In this document: positions 10,054 through 17,429 of the stretch, in pieces
Position numbering within the stretch: the first letter of the stretch is position 1
Layout: every line of letters begins with the position of its first letter
Virus genome (UHGV): UHGV-0073937
Origin: a virus
Reading direction: 5' to 3' (one strand)
Length of the DNA stretch: 22,825 nt
The notes under the pieces: model-generated
The model's database searches: none
Seen by the model: only the letters and a program-made list of their open reading frames with translations
Told to the model about the DNA's origin: nothing
Translations under genes and position numbers: made by a program

Positions 10054-10632
10054 ATGAATAAAAATATTGCCGTGACGGGCAAGGGGTACGCTCGTCCAGT
10101 GAAAAAATTCTGCGATATTCGTGATCTCGTCGTTCTGCGCTTTGATAGTGTGAACGTTCGTGTGGTGTATCTGAACGGCGATCCGTGGTTTGTTGCAAAA
10201 GATGTTTGTGCTGCGCTGGAACTAACCAATTCGCGTACGGCGTTGCAGATGCTTGATGATGATGAAAAGGGAGTAAATTTAACTTACACCCCAGGAGGAA
10301 ATCAGAATATGAGAATTATCTCTGAGTCAGGTTTCTACAAACTAATAGCCCGCAGCCGCAAAGCAACGACGCCTGGCACATTTGCTCATCGTTTCAGTAA
10401 CTGGGTATTCAGAAATGTGATACCAGGTATCAGAAAAACGGGGACTTATGGTATCCCGTGGGGTGCATTACAGGATTTTTCCCGCCGTAAAGAGCAATAT
10501 CAAATAAGTGCCAGCGAGAAGGGGAGAGAGCTACAGGCATGTAAGCGCAAAAAGCGTGAGCTGGAGGAAGAAGAAAAAACGCTGATACGTGAATATCAGC
10601 CTGAGTTTTACTTTGGTAACCGCATTCAGTGA
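10054..10632 (+). CDS. Bro-N domain protein (putative antirepressor-like)
   Basis: 192 aa; N-terminal region (VVYLNGDPWFVAKDVCAALELTNSRTALQMLDDDEKG...RIISESGFYKLIARSRKATT...FSNWVFRNVIP) typical of Bro-N; charged coiled C-terminus. Confidence 0.65.
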   Translation: MNKNIAVTGKGYARPVKKFCDIRDLVVLRFDSVNVRVVYLNGDPWFVAKDVCAALELTNSRTALQMLDDDEKGVNLTYTPGGNQNMRIISESGFYKLIARSRKATTPGTFAHRFSNWVFRNVIPGIRKTGTYGIPWGALQDFSRRKEQYQISASEKGRELQACKRKKRELEEEEKTLIREYQPEFYFGNRIQ

Positions 10633-10661
10633 CAAAACAAAGGCGACCGGGGGCGGTCGCC
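10630..10661 (-). terminator. Hairpin terminator for leftward small-gene operon (GGCGACCG-GGGG-CGGTCGCC; T-rich on minus strand)
   Basis: 8-bp perfect GC-rich stem; minus-strand downstream sequence TTTGTTTTGTC; sits between convergent genes. Confidence 0.55.
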
Positions 10662-10725
10662 AGTGGGAAAACACTAAACATAAGCACGAGGATGATAGCC
10701 GCTATCAGGTTGGTGGGCAATGTGA

Positions 10726-10935
10726 TCAGCCTGGTGGGCGGTTCCTGTTAGCTTTCATTACCCGGGGCTGTTTATTGAGAAACTCATCAAGCGCAAATTT
10801 TGTAGGCGCTGGTTCTGTATTTGGTGGCATTTGTTTAGCGTGTGCCTTTTCTTTCTGGCGTGCAACAATGCTCTGTAAAAGCAATCTTCGTTGTTCTGCG
10901 AAAATCTCTTCAGTGGATAGGTATTTTTTGCTCAT
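10726..10935 (-). CDS. Hypothetical small protein (leftward switch operon, second gene)
   Basis: 69-aa ORF downstream of 10993..11172 on same strand, followed by hairpin terminator. Confidence 0.45.
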   Translation of the reverse strand: MSKKYLSTEEIFAEQRRLLLQSIVARQKEKAHAKQMPPNTEPAPTKFALDEFLNKQPRVMKANRNRPPG

Positions 10936-10992
10936 AGTGCCGACCTGTAAAGCAATGCGCCGGAGTACCTCACACCACAGCGCTGATAGTGA

Positions 10993-11172
10993 TTATTCTT
11001 GCTCTTTAGCCTTGCGTCGCTGGCGGTATTCAACTTCTCGCTTTAATGCTGCTGTTACAAACTGCCCTGTACTTTCACCAGGCATTTTTACCGCCTCAAC
11101 ATTGTTCATAACTTCATGCGGAACCCTTGCCGCAACTGTTTGTGATTTTGCGTTTACTGCTTTTGTCGCCAT
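10993..11172 (-). CDS. Small putative DNA-binding regulator (possible RHH-type repressor), first gene of leftward operon
   Basis: 59-aa ORF derived by manual translation (below ORF-track size cut-off): MATKAVNAKSQTVAARVPHEVMNNVEAVKMPGESTGQFVTAALKREVEYRQRRKAKEQE; diverges from operator repeats. Confidence 0.45.
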   Translation of the reverse strand: MATKAVNAKSQTVAARVPHEVMNNVEAVKMPGESTGQFVTAALKREVEYRQRRKAKEQE

Positions 11173-11222
11173 GTTGTGTACCCCTCACAAAAAACAAATG
11201 CAGTATGCAGGAAAAAAAACAA

Positions 11223-11274
11223 GTGTTCAACACTTGACGTGTTCAACACCTGGGTTTAAATTGGTGTTCAACAC
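11223..11274. promoter_or_regulatory. Operator/promoter region: three perfect copies of near-palindromic 11-mer GTGTTCAACAC with candidate rightward sigma70 promoter
   Basis: Copies at 11223-11233, 11239-11249, 11264-11274; TTGACG (11234-11239) and TTTAAAT (11255-11261) fit -35/-10 with ~16-nt spacer; lies between divergent operons. Confidence 0.65.
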
Positions 11275-11371
11275 CTTGTTGGTGCAAGGTGCAGAAACGA
11301 CGAAACCCGGCAGTGCGCTAACACTAACCGGGCTTCTAACCACCAACGATAGCAACAGTATCGAGGTAGCT

Positions 11372-11575
11372 ATGAGAAATCATACCACACACCCGCAAGG
11401 GCGGGGCTCGCACAACCTGAATAAATACATCTGGCGTTTTATCGCCCTGAGCACCGCACAACCACGCGTAATACACATCGAGGCCGCCAGCGAACAGGAA
11501 GCCCGGCTGCAATCCCCAACTGGCTGCGTGATGATATTCGCCGCCCGTATTCGTCAGGAGGTATGCCGTGCTTAA
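11372..11575 (+). CDS. Small protein, first gene of rightward operon (possibly Icd-like)
   Basis: 67 aa from ATG 11372 with SD GAGG; MRNHTTHPQGRGSHNLNKYIWRFIALSTAQPRVIHIEAASEQEARLQSPTGCVMIFAARIRQE; family assignment from memory only. Confidence 0.45.
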   Translation: MRNHTTHPQGRGSHNLNKYIWRFIALSTAQPRVIHIEAASEQEARLQSPTGCVMIFAARIRQEVCRA

Positions 11576-11753
11576 AACCTTTCGTGTATTTGCTCGTGCG
11601 GTTAACCCACTAGGCCACACAATTGGTATCGCTCAGAACGTGAAGGCTGTTAATGTTCAGACGGCTATTGCTGCGGTGAGAAGCGAATCATCAGAATATG
11701 GCTTATCACAAGTCATTATCTCAGCAGTGTATGAATTAAAAGAGGTGCATTAA
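11568..11753 (+). CDS. Hypothetical protein
   Basis: 61-aa ORF; start overlaps upstream stop (coupled), part of tightly packed operon. Confidence 0.4.
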   Translation: MLKTFRVFARAVNPLGHTIGIAQNVKAVNVQTAIAAVRSESSEYGLSQVIISAVYELKEVH

Positions 11754-11944
11754 TGCAGGAAATTACATTACACGAAGCCGCTGAACGTGCGCACCAGACA
11801 GAAATTGTTTGCCGCCTTCTTGAGTTATACCCGAACAAAATTACAGATGCTGATATATCCGCGCTGGCGAGCCTACTGGCGCGCCTTTCGGGAAGTGTCG
11901 CTAGTTTCCTGATTGAGGAAGAAAGTAAGCTGGTGGGGGATTAA
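11753..11944 (+). CDS. Hypothetical protein
   Basis: 63-aa ORF; ATG overlaps previous stop (TAATG). Confidence 0.4.
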   Translation: MQEITLHEAAERAHQTEIVCRLLELYPNKITDADISALASLLARLSGSVASFLIEEESKLVGD

Positions 11945-12166
11945 ATGAATACAGAACGAGAAGTCTTTTTTAAATTGTTAGCATGTGCAGAGAGTTCATT
12001 AACTTTAAATAATTCAGCAAAAGCAATATTAAATATGTGGCTTGATTGCATAAATGACAATGAAGATGCAAATATTGCTTATGGCCTGTTGTCACTTATT
12101 GATGAAGCAGCAGAGAAACTTAATGACACAATAAATAGTGCCCTGCTATCAAATAAGTCGAGTTAA
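11945..12166 (+). CDS. Hypothetical protein
   Basis: 73-aa ORF; start overlaps previous stop; AT-rich codon usage suggests separate origin. Confidence 0.4.
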   Translation: MNTEREVFFKLLACAESSLTLNNSAKAILNMWLDCINDNEDANIAYGLLSLIDEAAEKLNDTINSALLSNKSS

Positions 12167-12183
12167 GTCGAAGAATAAATAAT

Positions 12184-12483
12184 ATGGAAATGAAAAATTC
12201 TGGCTTTATTGCCAGCGGCCCCGCTCGGCCTGAATTTATGAACGGCGATATTTACCGCGATAAATACGGCGGCACGGTAACGATTAAAGGCGTGGCAGAA
12301 CGGCGCATCACTTACCGCCGTGAGGGGTATAGCTATGACTGCGTGATGCCTGTTTATCAGTTCCGGCGTGATTTTTCCCTGGTATATGCCGCACCCCGCA
12401 GTAAGCCCATCAGCAGGGAAAAAGCGCGGGGAAACATCCAGAAAATGAAAAGCATGATTAACGCATTCAGGGGCAAAAAATGA
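12184..12483 (+). CDS. Hypothetical protein
   Basis: 99-aa ORF; stop overlaps start of replication protein (ATGA). Confidence 0.45.
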   Translation: MEMKNSGFIASGPARPEFMNGDIYRDKYGGTVTIKGVAERRITYRREGYSYDCVMPVYQFRRDFSLVYAAPRSKPISREKARGNIQKMKSMINAFRGKK

Positions 12484-14231
12484 AACTGGCACCGAACTTA
12501 AAAAAACAGCCACGCGACAGACTGACAGAGGTAATCATCTTTGCAGGTAGTGATGCGTGGAGCCATGCGAAAGAGTGGCAGGAATGGGCGGGTAAACATA
12601 TTGCCGCCGACGATGTGCCGCCTGTCGTGCTGGCTGATGAGCAACTGAAAAACATCACCGATTACCGGATCATTGATGAAGATCGTCAGTGTGTGCGTGT
12701 TTACCGCGCAGGACATATCACAGAGCACAGCATGACGCAGATTGTTACGTTACTGGCTGTGGCTGGAGTGAAGACCGTACACGAATACGCGGGGATTACT
12801 GACACCAGCCCAGTGGATTTATCCGACCAGTTGCCGCGACTCAAAGAGGAATGCGAGCGTGGGGAAAGTCTGGTGCTTAATCTTCCGACGAAGCAAAAGG
12901 CGCAACTTTCACAGATGGCAGACAGTGAACGTGCACAACTACTTGCCGATCGCTTTGATGGTGTGTGTGTTCATGCAGAAAGTGAAATCGTCCACGTATG
13001 GCGCGGCGGGGTATGGTGTCCGGTCAGCACAATGGAGCTGAGCCGCGAAATGGTGGCGATCTATTCAGAGCACAGGGCCACGTTCAGCAAACGTGTAATC
13101 AATAACGCCGTGGAAGCGTTAAAAGTTATTGCCGACCCCATGGGGGAGCCGTCCAGTGATTTGCTACCGTTCACTAATGGTGTGCTTAACCTGAAAACGG
13201 GAGAATTTTCTCCGCACTCGCCGGAGCACTGGAGCACCACGCACAATGGCATTGAGTACACGCCACCAGTAGCAGGGGAAAACATCCGCGATAATGCGCC
13301 AAATTTCCATAAATGGCTTGAACATGCTGCAGGAAAAGACCCGCGCAAGATGATGCGTATATGTGCCGCGTTATACATGATTATGGCGAACCGCTACGAC
13401 TGGCAGATGTTCATTGAGGCCACCGGAGACGGGGGAAGCGGAAAGAGCACATTTACCCATATTGCCACCCTGCTTGCTGGCAAACAGAACACCGTAAGCG
13501 CAGAGATGACATCACTCGATGATGCAGGTGGGCGCGCGCAGGTTGTCGGGAGTCGTCTTATCGTCCTTGCCGATCAGCCGAAATATACGGGTGAAGGCAC
13601 TGGCATCAAGAAAATCACGGGAGGCGATCCCGTCGAAATTAACCCGAAATATGAGAAGCGATTCACGACGATAATAAGGGCGGTGGTACTGGCGACCAAT
13701 AACGACCCTATGATCTTTACCGAACGGGCCGGAGGTGTGTCACGCCGTCGGGTGATTTTCCGGTTCGACAACATTGTAAGGGAGGACGAAAAAGACAAGG
13801 AATTACCGGAAAAGATAGCGGCAGAAATCCCCGTAATTATCCGCCGCTTGCTGGCTAACTTTGCTGACCCTGAAAAGGCACGAGCTTTACTACTGGAACA
13901 GCGAGACGGTGATGAAGCTCTGGCAATAAAGCAGCAAACGGATCCGGTTGTTGAGCTTTGCGCGGCGCTGGAGTTTCTGGAGGAAGCTCGTGGGCTAATG
14001 ATGGGCGGTGGTGGTGACTCCGTGAAGTACACGACCAGAAACAGCCTTTACCGTGTCTATATGGCCTTCATGGCATACACAGGAAAGGGGAAATGTTTGA
14101 GCGTGAATGAGTTCGGAAAGGCTATGAGGTCAGCGGCGAAAGTTTACGGATATGAATATATTACTCGAAAAGTTAAGGGAGTCACGCAGACCAACGCAAC
14201 GACTACTGATGATTGCGATGCGTTTTTATAA
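12480..14231 (+). CDS. Replication protein: primase C-terminal/D5-N domain with SF3-type P-loop NTPase (pri-rep-like)
   Basis: 583 aa; Walker A GDGGSGKST, downstream Walker B-like RLIVLADQ; architecture typical of P4-alpha/PICI pri-rep proteins; followed by iterons. Confidence 0.8.
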   Translation: MKLAPNLKKQPRDRLTEVIIFAGSDAWSHAKEWQEWAGKHIAADDVPPVVLADEQLKNITDYRIIDEDRQCVRVYRAGHITEHSMTQIVTLLAVAGVKTVHEYAGITDTSPVDLSDQLPRLKEECERGESLVLNLPTKQKAQLSQMADSERAQLLADRFDGVCVHAESEIVHVWRGGVWCPVSTMELSREMVAIYSEHRATFSKRVINNAVEALKVIADPMGEPSSDLLPFTNGVLNLKTGEFSPHSPEHWSTTHNGIEYTPPVAGENIRDNAPNFHKWLEHAAGKDPRKMMRICAALYMIMANRYDWQMFIEATGDGGSGKSTFTHIATLLAGKQNTVSAEMTSLDDAGGRAQVVGSRLIVLADQPKYTGEGTGIKKITGGDPVEINPKYEKRFTTIIRAVVLATNNDPMIFTERAGGVSRRRVIFRFDNIVREDEKDKELPEKIAAEIPVIIRRLLANFADPEKARALLLEQRDGDEALAIKQQTDPVVELCAALEFLEEARGLMMGGGGDSVKYTTRNSLYRVYMAFMAYTGKGKCLSVNEFGKAMRSAAKVYGYEYITRKVKGVTQTNATTTDDCDAFL

Positions 14232-14239
14232 AAAATGGC

Positions 14240-14480
14240 AATGGTTATCTACCTTGTCTACCTGACTGAAAGAAAATACTTTTATTTCAATGTATTAATG
14301 CAGGTAGATAACTATTTTTCACTGTCTACCTGTTATCTACCTTATCTACCCATTTTTGTAGACAGGTAAGGAGACGGGTAGAGATGAGGTAGACAGCTAT
14401 TTGGGGCTGTCTACCTCCCTGAAACCCGCGCCATTACTGGCCTGATAACTAATCAGGTAGACAAGGTAGACAAGGTGGTG
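14240..14480. repeat. Iteron array (>=10 copies of GGTAGACA / TATCTACC in both orientations) = putative origin of replication
   Basis: e.g. TTATCTACCTTGTCTACC, CAGGTAGATAAC, CTGTCTACCTGTTATCTACCTTATCTACC, GGTAGACAAGGTAGACAAGG; non-coding, directly downstream of rep gene. Confidence 0.75.
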
Positions 14481-14520
14481 GCGCACAAAAAACTTTTTAA
14501 ACGAGGGGGTAAAAATAAAA

Positions 14521-14778
14521 ATGCACACATCAGGAAAACTGAACAAACATATAAAGCCACATTATCGCGCCCTTGATATGGCTGAACACTGGCTAAGGGT
14601 GGCGATTAAGGCAATAGACCGCAACGCCGGGGAAGGATACGCGAAAGCACATCCCGAACTGATAAGCGCATTCATGACAACGGCGGCTGCAAACTTTGCC
14701 GCGCTGACCGAACGGGAGATTGCCGAAGCGGAGGAAGTGACAACCATCAATATTAAGTCCGGAGAGCAGGCAGCTTGA
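14521..14778 (+). CDS. Hypothetical protein
   Basis: 85-aa ORF; stop overlaps SSB start. Confidence 0.45.
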   Translation: MHTSGKLNKHIKPHYRALDMAEHWLRVAIKAIDRNAGEGYAKAHPELISAFMTTAAANFAALTEREIAEAEEVTTINIKSGEQAA

Positions 14779-15224
14779 CGGCGCAAATAGCAGCTTACGG
14801 GCGGCTGGTGGACGACCCACAGGTAAAACATACCAGCAAGGGAGCACCCATGACACTGGCACGGATGACGGTATCTTTGCCATGCAGCCAGGCAGATGAC
14901 GGAACGGCGACGATGTGGTTATCTGTCCTGGCGTTTGGCAGACAAGCCGACGCGCTGGCAAAGCATCACAAAGGCGAACTCCTGAGCGTGGCGGGTAATA
15001 TGCAGGTGAGCCAGTGGAGCGGACAGAACGGGGAAACGCGGCAGGGCTGGCAGGTTATCGCAGACAGCGTAATCAGTGCCAGAACGGTGCGACCGGGCGG
15101 CAAAAAAGGTCAACAGGGGCAGGCTACTGATGCACTGAACAGAGCAAAACAACAGGCAGATCAGCAAGGAAGCCATCCACCAGTGGGAGATAATGAGCAA
15201 TGGGGAGATGATATTCCGTTTTAA
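14775..15224 (+). CDS. ssb: Single-stranded DNA-binding protein homologue (SSB-like, TTG start)
   Basis: 149 aa; OB-fold-like N-terminus; Gln/Gly-rich linker; C-terminal acidic tip GDDIPF matching the SSB DDDIPF tail; SD GGAGAG 8 nt upstream of TTG. Confidence 0.75.
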   Translation: MTAQIAAYGRLVDDPQVKHTSKGAPMTLARMTVSLPCSQADDGTATMWLSVLAFGRQADALAKHHKGELLSVAGNMQVSQWSGQNGETRQGWQVIADSVISARTVRPGGKKGQQGQATDALNRAKQQADQQGSHPPVGDNEQWGDDIPF

Positions 15225-15243
15225 ATTCTGCAAACAAAAAGAT

Positions 15244-15268
15244 GCCGGAAAAAAATAGATTTTCCGGC
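15244..15268. terminator. Hairpin (GCCGGAAAA...TTTTCCGGC), possible terminator after ssb
   Basis: 9-bp inverted repeat; T-run better on minus strand so orientation ambiguous. Confidence 0.4.
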
Positions 15269-15435
15269 ATGCTACATAAATCCCGACCAAAGGAAGTAAA
15301 TACATTAACACGAATTATCAGCACTGAAGTTGTCACGGCATATTTTATACAACATTGCACTTGGTTGCATGTATTCGCATAGCAGACATCGGTAATAGAA
15401 TATATTCACAATTATTTGTAATGAATGTAAAGAGG

Positions 15436-16482
15436 ATGAGTATGGTTGATTTATATTCGCCTACACAGCTTGTGCAGGTGGCTAATGCTGAAGATGTGCA
15501 AAAAAAATTAAATGCGTTGTTTACCAGTTTGTTTTTCACTCGCTCGGTAATGTTTGAATCGAGAGACATTATTCTTGATACGATCGACGATCCAAATATC
15601 CCGATCGCGGCGTTTTGCTCTCCTATGGTGGGCAGTAAAGTTTCACGAGATGAGGGATACGAATCAAAAACAATTCGCCCTGGCTATATGAAACCGAAAA
15701 GCAGCATTGATCCAAATAAGTTAGCTGTGCGCCCTGCTGGTGTATCACCTGAACAATACAATGCTTTTGGGGCGCGTAATATTAAAGTTAAACAGGCGAT
15801 TGTAAATCAGGCTAAAGCTATACGTGCACGTATTGAATGGCTTGCTGTTCAGGCAATCACAACGGGGAAAAATATCATTGAGGGCGATGGTATTGAACGT
15901 TATGAACTGGACTGGAATATAAAACCACAAAATATTATCACGCAGTCTGGCGGTGCTGAGTGGTCAGGTAAGGATAAAGAAACTTTTGATCCAAATGATG
16001 ATATTGAGAGCTACGCAGAATTTAGTGAGGGCGTCACTAATATCATCATTATGGGCGGTAATGTATGGAAGAAATACCGTTCATTCAGAGCGATAAAAGA
16101 GGCTCTGGATACCCGCCGTGGTTCTAATTCCGAACTGGAAACGGCCCTTAAAGACCTTGGTGATTCGGTGAGTTTTAAAGGGTATATGGGCGATGTTGCG
16201 ATTGTTGTTTACAGCGGACGTTATACCGACGAGGACGGAACTGAAAAACATTTCCTTGATCCTGATTTGATGGTGCTTGGCAATACGGCTCTTCAGGGGA
16301 TTGTCGCCTATGGCGGTATTCAGGATCCGGAGCTAATCCGAATGGGGCTGACTAAAGCCGAACTTGCACCGAAAAACTATATTGTGCCTGGTGATCCGGC
16401 TATTGAATATGTGCAGACACATTCAGCACCACAGCCAATACCGGCCCGCATCAATCGTTTTGTTACCGTTCGCATTGGCTAA
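15436..16482 (+). CDS. Major capsid protein, divergent lambda gpE homologue (island-encoded)
   Basis: 348 aa; collinear similarity with lambda E across C-terminal two-thirds (NIITQSGGAEWSGKDKETFDPNDDIE, DTRRGSNSELETALKDLG, YMGDVAIVVYSG, LMVLGNTA, VPGDPAIE); start MSMVDLY parallels lambda MSMYTTA; start could be 15442. Confidence 0.85.
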   Translation: MSMVDLYSPTQLVQVANAEDVQKKLNALFTSLFFTRSVMFESRDIILDTIDDPNIPIAAFCSPMVGSKVSRDEGYESKTIRPGYMKPKSSIDPNKLAVRPAGVSPEQYNAFGARNIKVKQAIVNQAKAIRARIEWLAVQAITTGKNIIEGDGIERYELDWNIKPQNIITQSGGAEWSGKDKETFDPNDDIESYAEFSEGVTNIIIMGGNVWKKYRSFRAIKEALDTRRGSNSELETALKDLGDSVSFKGYMGDVAIVVYSGRYTDEDGTEKHFLDPDLMVLGNTALQGIVAYGGIQDPELIRMGLTKAELAPKNYIVPGDPAIEYVQTHSAPQPIPARINRFVTVRIG

Positions 16483-16491
16483 GGGGGAGCA

Positions 16492-16833
16492 ATGGCTACT
16501 CATTACACTGAACTCATGGCTGGCACTGAAGCACTGGTGACTACGCTGGGGATATTTTCAGCTAATAAAGGGGTAATTCCTGCATTTACGCCACTGATGC
16601 AGGAAGATGCAACAGGTGCACTGGTGGTATGGGATGGTTCGAGCGTAGGTAAAGCGGTTTATGTTTCCGCTGTACAAATCGACACAGCGAAAAAAACACA
16701 GGCACAGGTTTATAAGACAGGTGTTTTAAATGTTGATGCTCTGAACTGGCCTGAGTCTGTAAAAGAACTGTCGGCAAAGGTTGCCGCGTTTGTTGGCTCA
16801 GGTATTTCTGTTCAGCCGCTGGCTCGTGTGTAA
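16492..16833 (+). CDS. Head decoration protein, divergent lambda gpD homologue (island-encoded)
   Basis: 113 aa; VVWDGSSVGKAVYVSAVQIDT...YKTGVLNVDALNWPES parallels lambda [22 protein letters not shown]...[16 protein letters not shown]; strong SD AAGGGGGAG. Confidence 0.75.
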   Translation: MATHYTELMAGTEALVTTLGIFSANKGVIPAFTPLMQEDATGALVVWDGSSVGKAVYVSAVQIDTAKKTQAQVYKTGVLNVDALNWPESVKELSAKVAAFVGSGISVQPLARV

Positions 16834-16844
16834 AGGGGGATACA

Positions 16845-17228
16845 ATGCAGAATCATTACAATGACCTTAAGCCAATTGCCGAAATGATGTATCCGGATCC
16901 AGCAGTAGAGGAATTAAAGGCTATTGCTGACAAAATGCGTTTAAGTGAACGCCTTGTTGATATGAATCAGGTGATGGAACTTACTACCCTTAGCCGTCGC
17001 ACATTGCTAAACCTTGAGGCTCGCGGAGAGTTCCCCGAACGCGTACAGGTTACGGAAGGGCGTAAGGCCTGGTATTTAAGTGAAGTGATCGACTGGATAA
17101 ACAATATTCCTCGATCTTCTGAATATTGCCGCGTACCTGTCCCAAAAAAGCCAGATGCGGCGCTATGCCTCAAGATTGAGCGTGTACGTCGCAATGCACG
17201 GGATGGTCGCTATAAGTTGATTGGTTGA
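16845..17228 (+). CDS. AlpA-like HTH domain protein immediately upstream of island cos
   Basis: 127 aa; central HTH resembling AlpA/HTH_17 (MNQVMELTTLSRRTLLNLEARGEFPERVQVTEGRKAWYLSEVIDWI); strong SD. Confidence 0.55.
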   Translation: MQNHYNDLKPIAEMMYPDPAVEELKAIADKMRLSERLVDMNQVMELTTLSRRTLLNLEARGEFPERVQVTEGRKAWYLSEVIDWINNIPRSSEYCRVPVPKKPDAALCLKIERVRRNARDGRYKLIG

Positions 17229-17254
17229 TGAAATTAGGGCCCGTTCTGGCTGGC

Positions 17255-17330
17255 GGGTCCTTTCCGGCGATCCGGTAGGCTACGGGGCGGCGACCTTGCG
17301 GGTTTTCGCTATTTATGAGCCTTTTTCGGG
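17255..17330 (+). other. cos: Lambda-type cos site 2 (island cos): cosN GGGCGGCGACCT at 17285-17296
   Basis: ~65 bp (17255-17319) near-identical to 4625-4688 including cosQ/cosN; downstream cosB-equivalent sequence differs from cos 1. Confidence 0.8.
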
Positions 17331-17429
17331 TGCTGGTGGTGGTTTTGTTGTTCGCTCTATCTCTATGAATAAAAAGGAAAAGATAAAGCCAATACACCAA
17401 CCTGAAACATTACTTAAGTGGGGATATTG

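Noticed and set aside
10589-11575. 328-aa plus-strand ORF spanning the switch region
   Set aside because: Low-complexity, implausible translation that runs antisense through the two leftward small genes and across the operator repeats; only its last ~67 codons (11372..11575, with own SD) look like a real gene.
12859-14032. Short ORFs (12859..13041 plus, 13574..14032 minus) inside the replication gene
   Set aside because: Nested within or antisense to the 583-aa rep ORF, which has clear Walker motifs; no SD or homology.
14240-14480. Possible CRISPR array
   Set aside because: Repeats are 8-mers in both orientations with irregular spacing and no spacer structure; consistent with replication iterons, not CRISPR.
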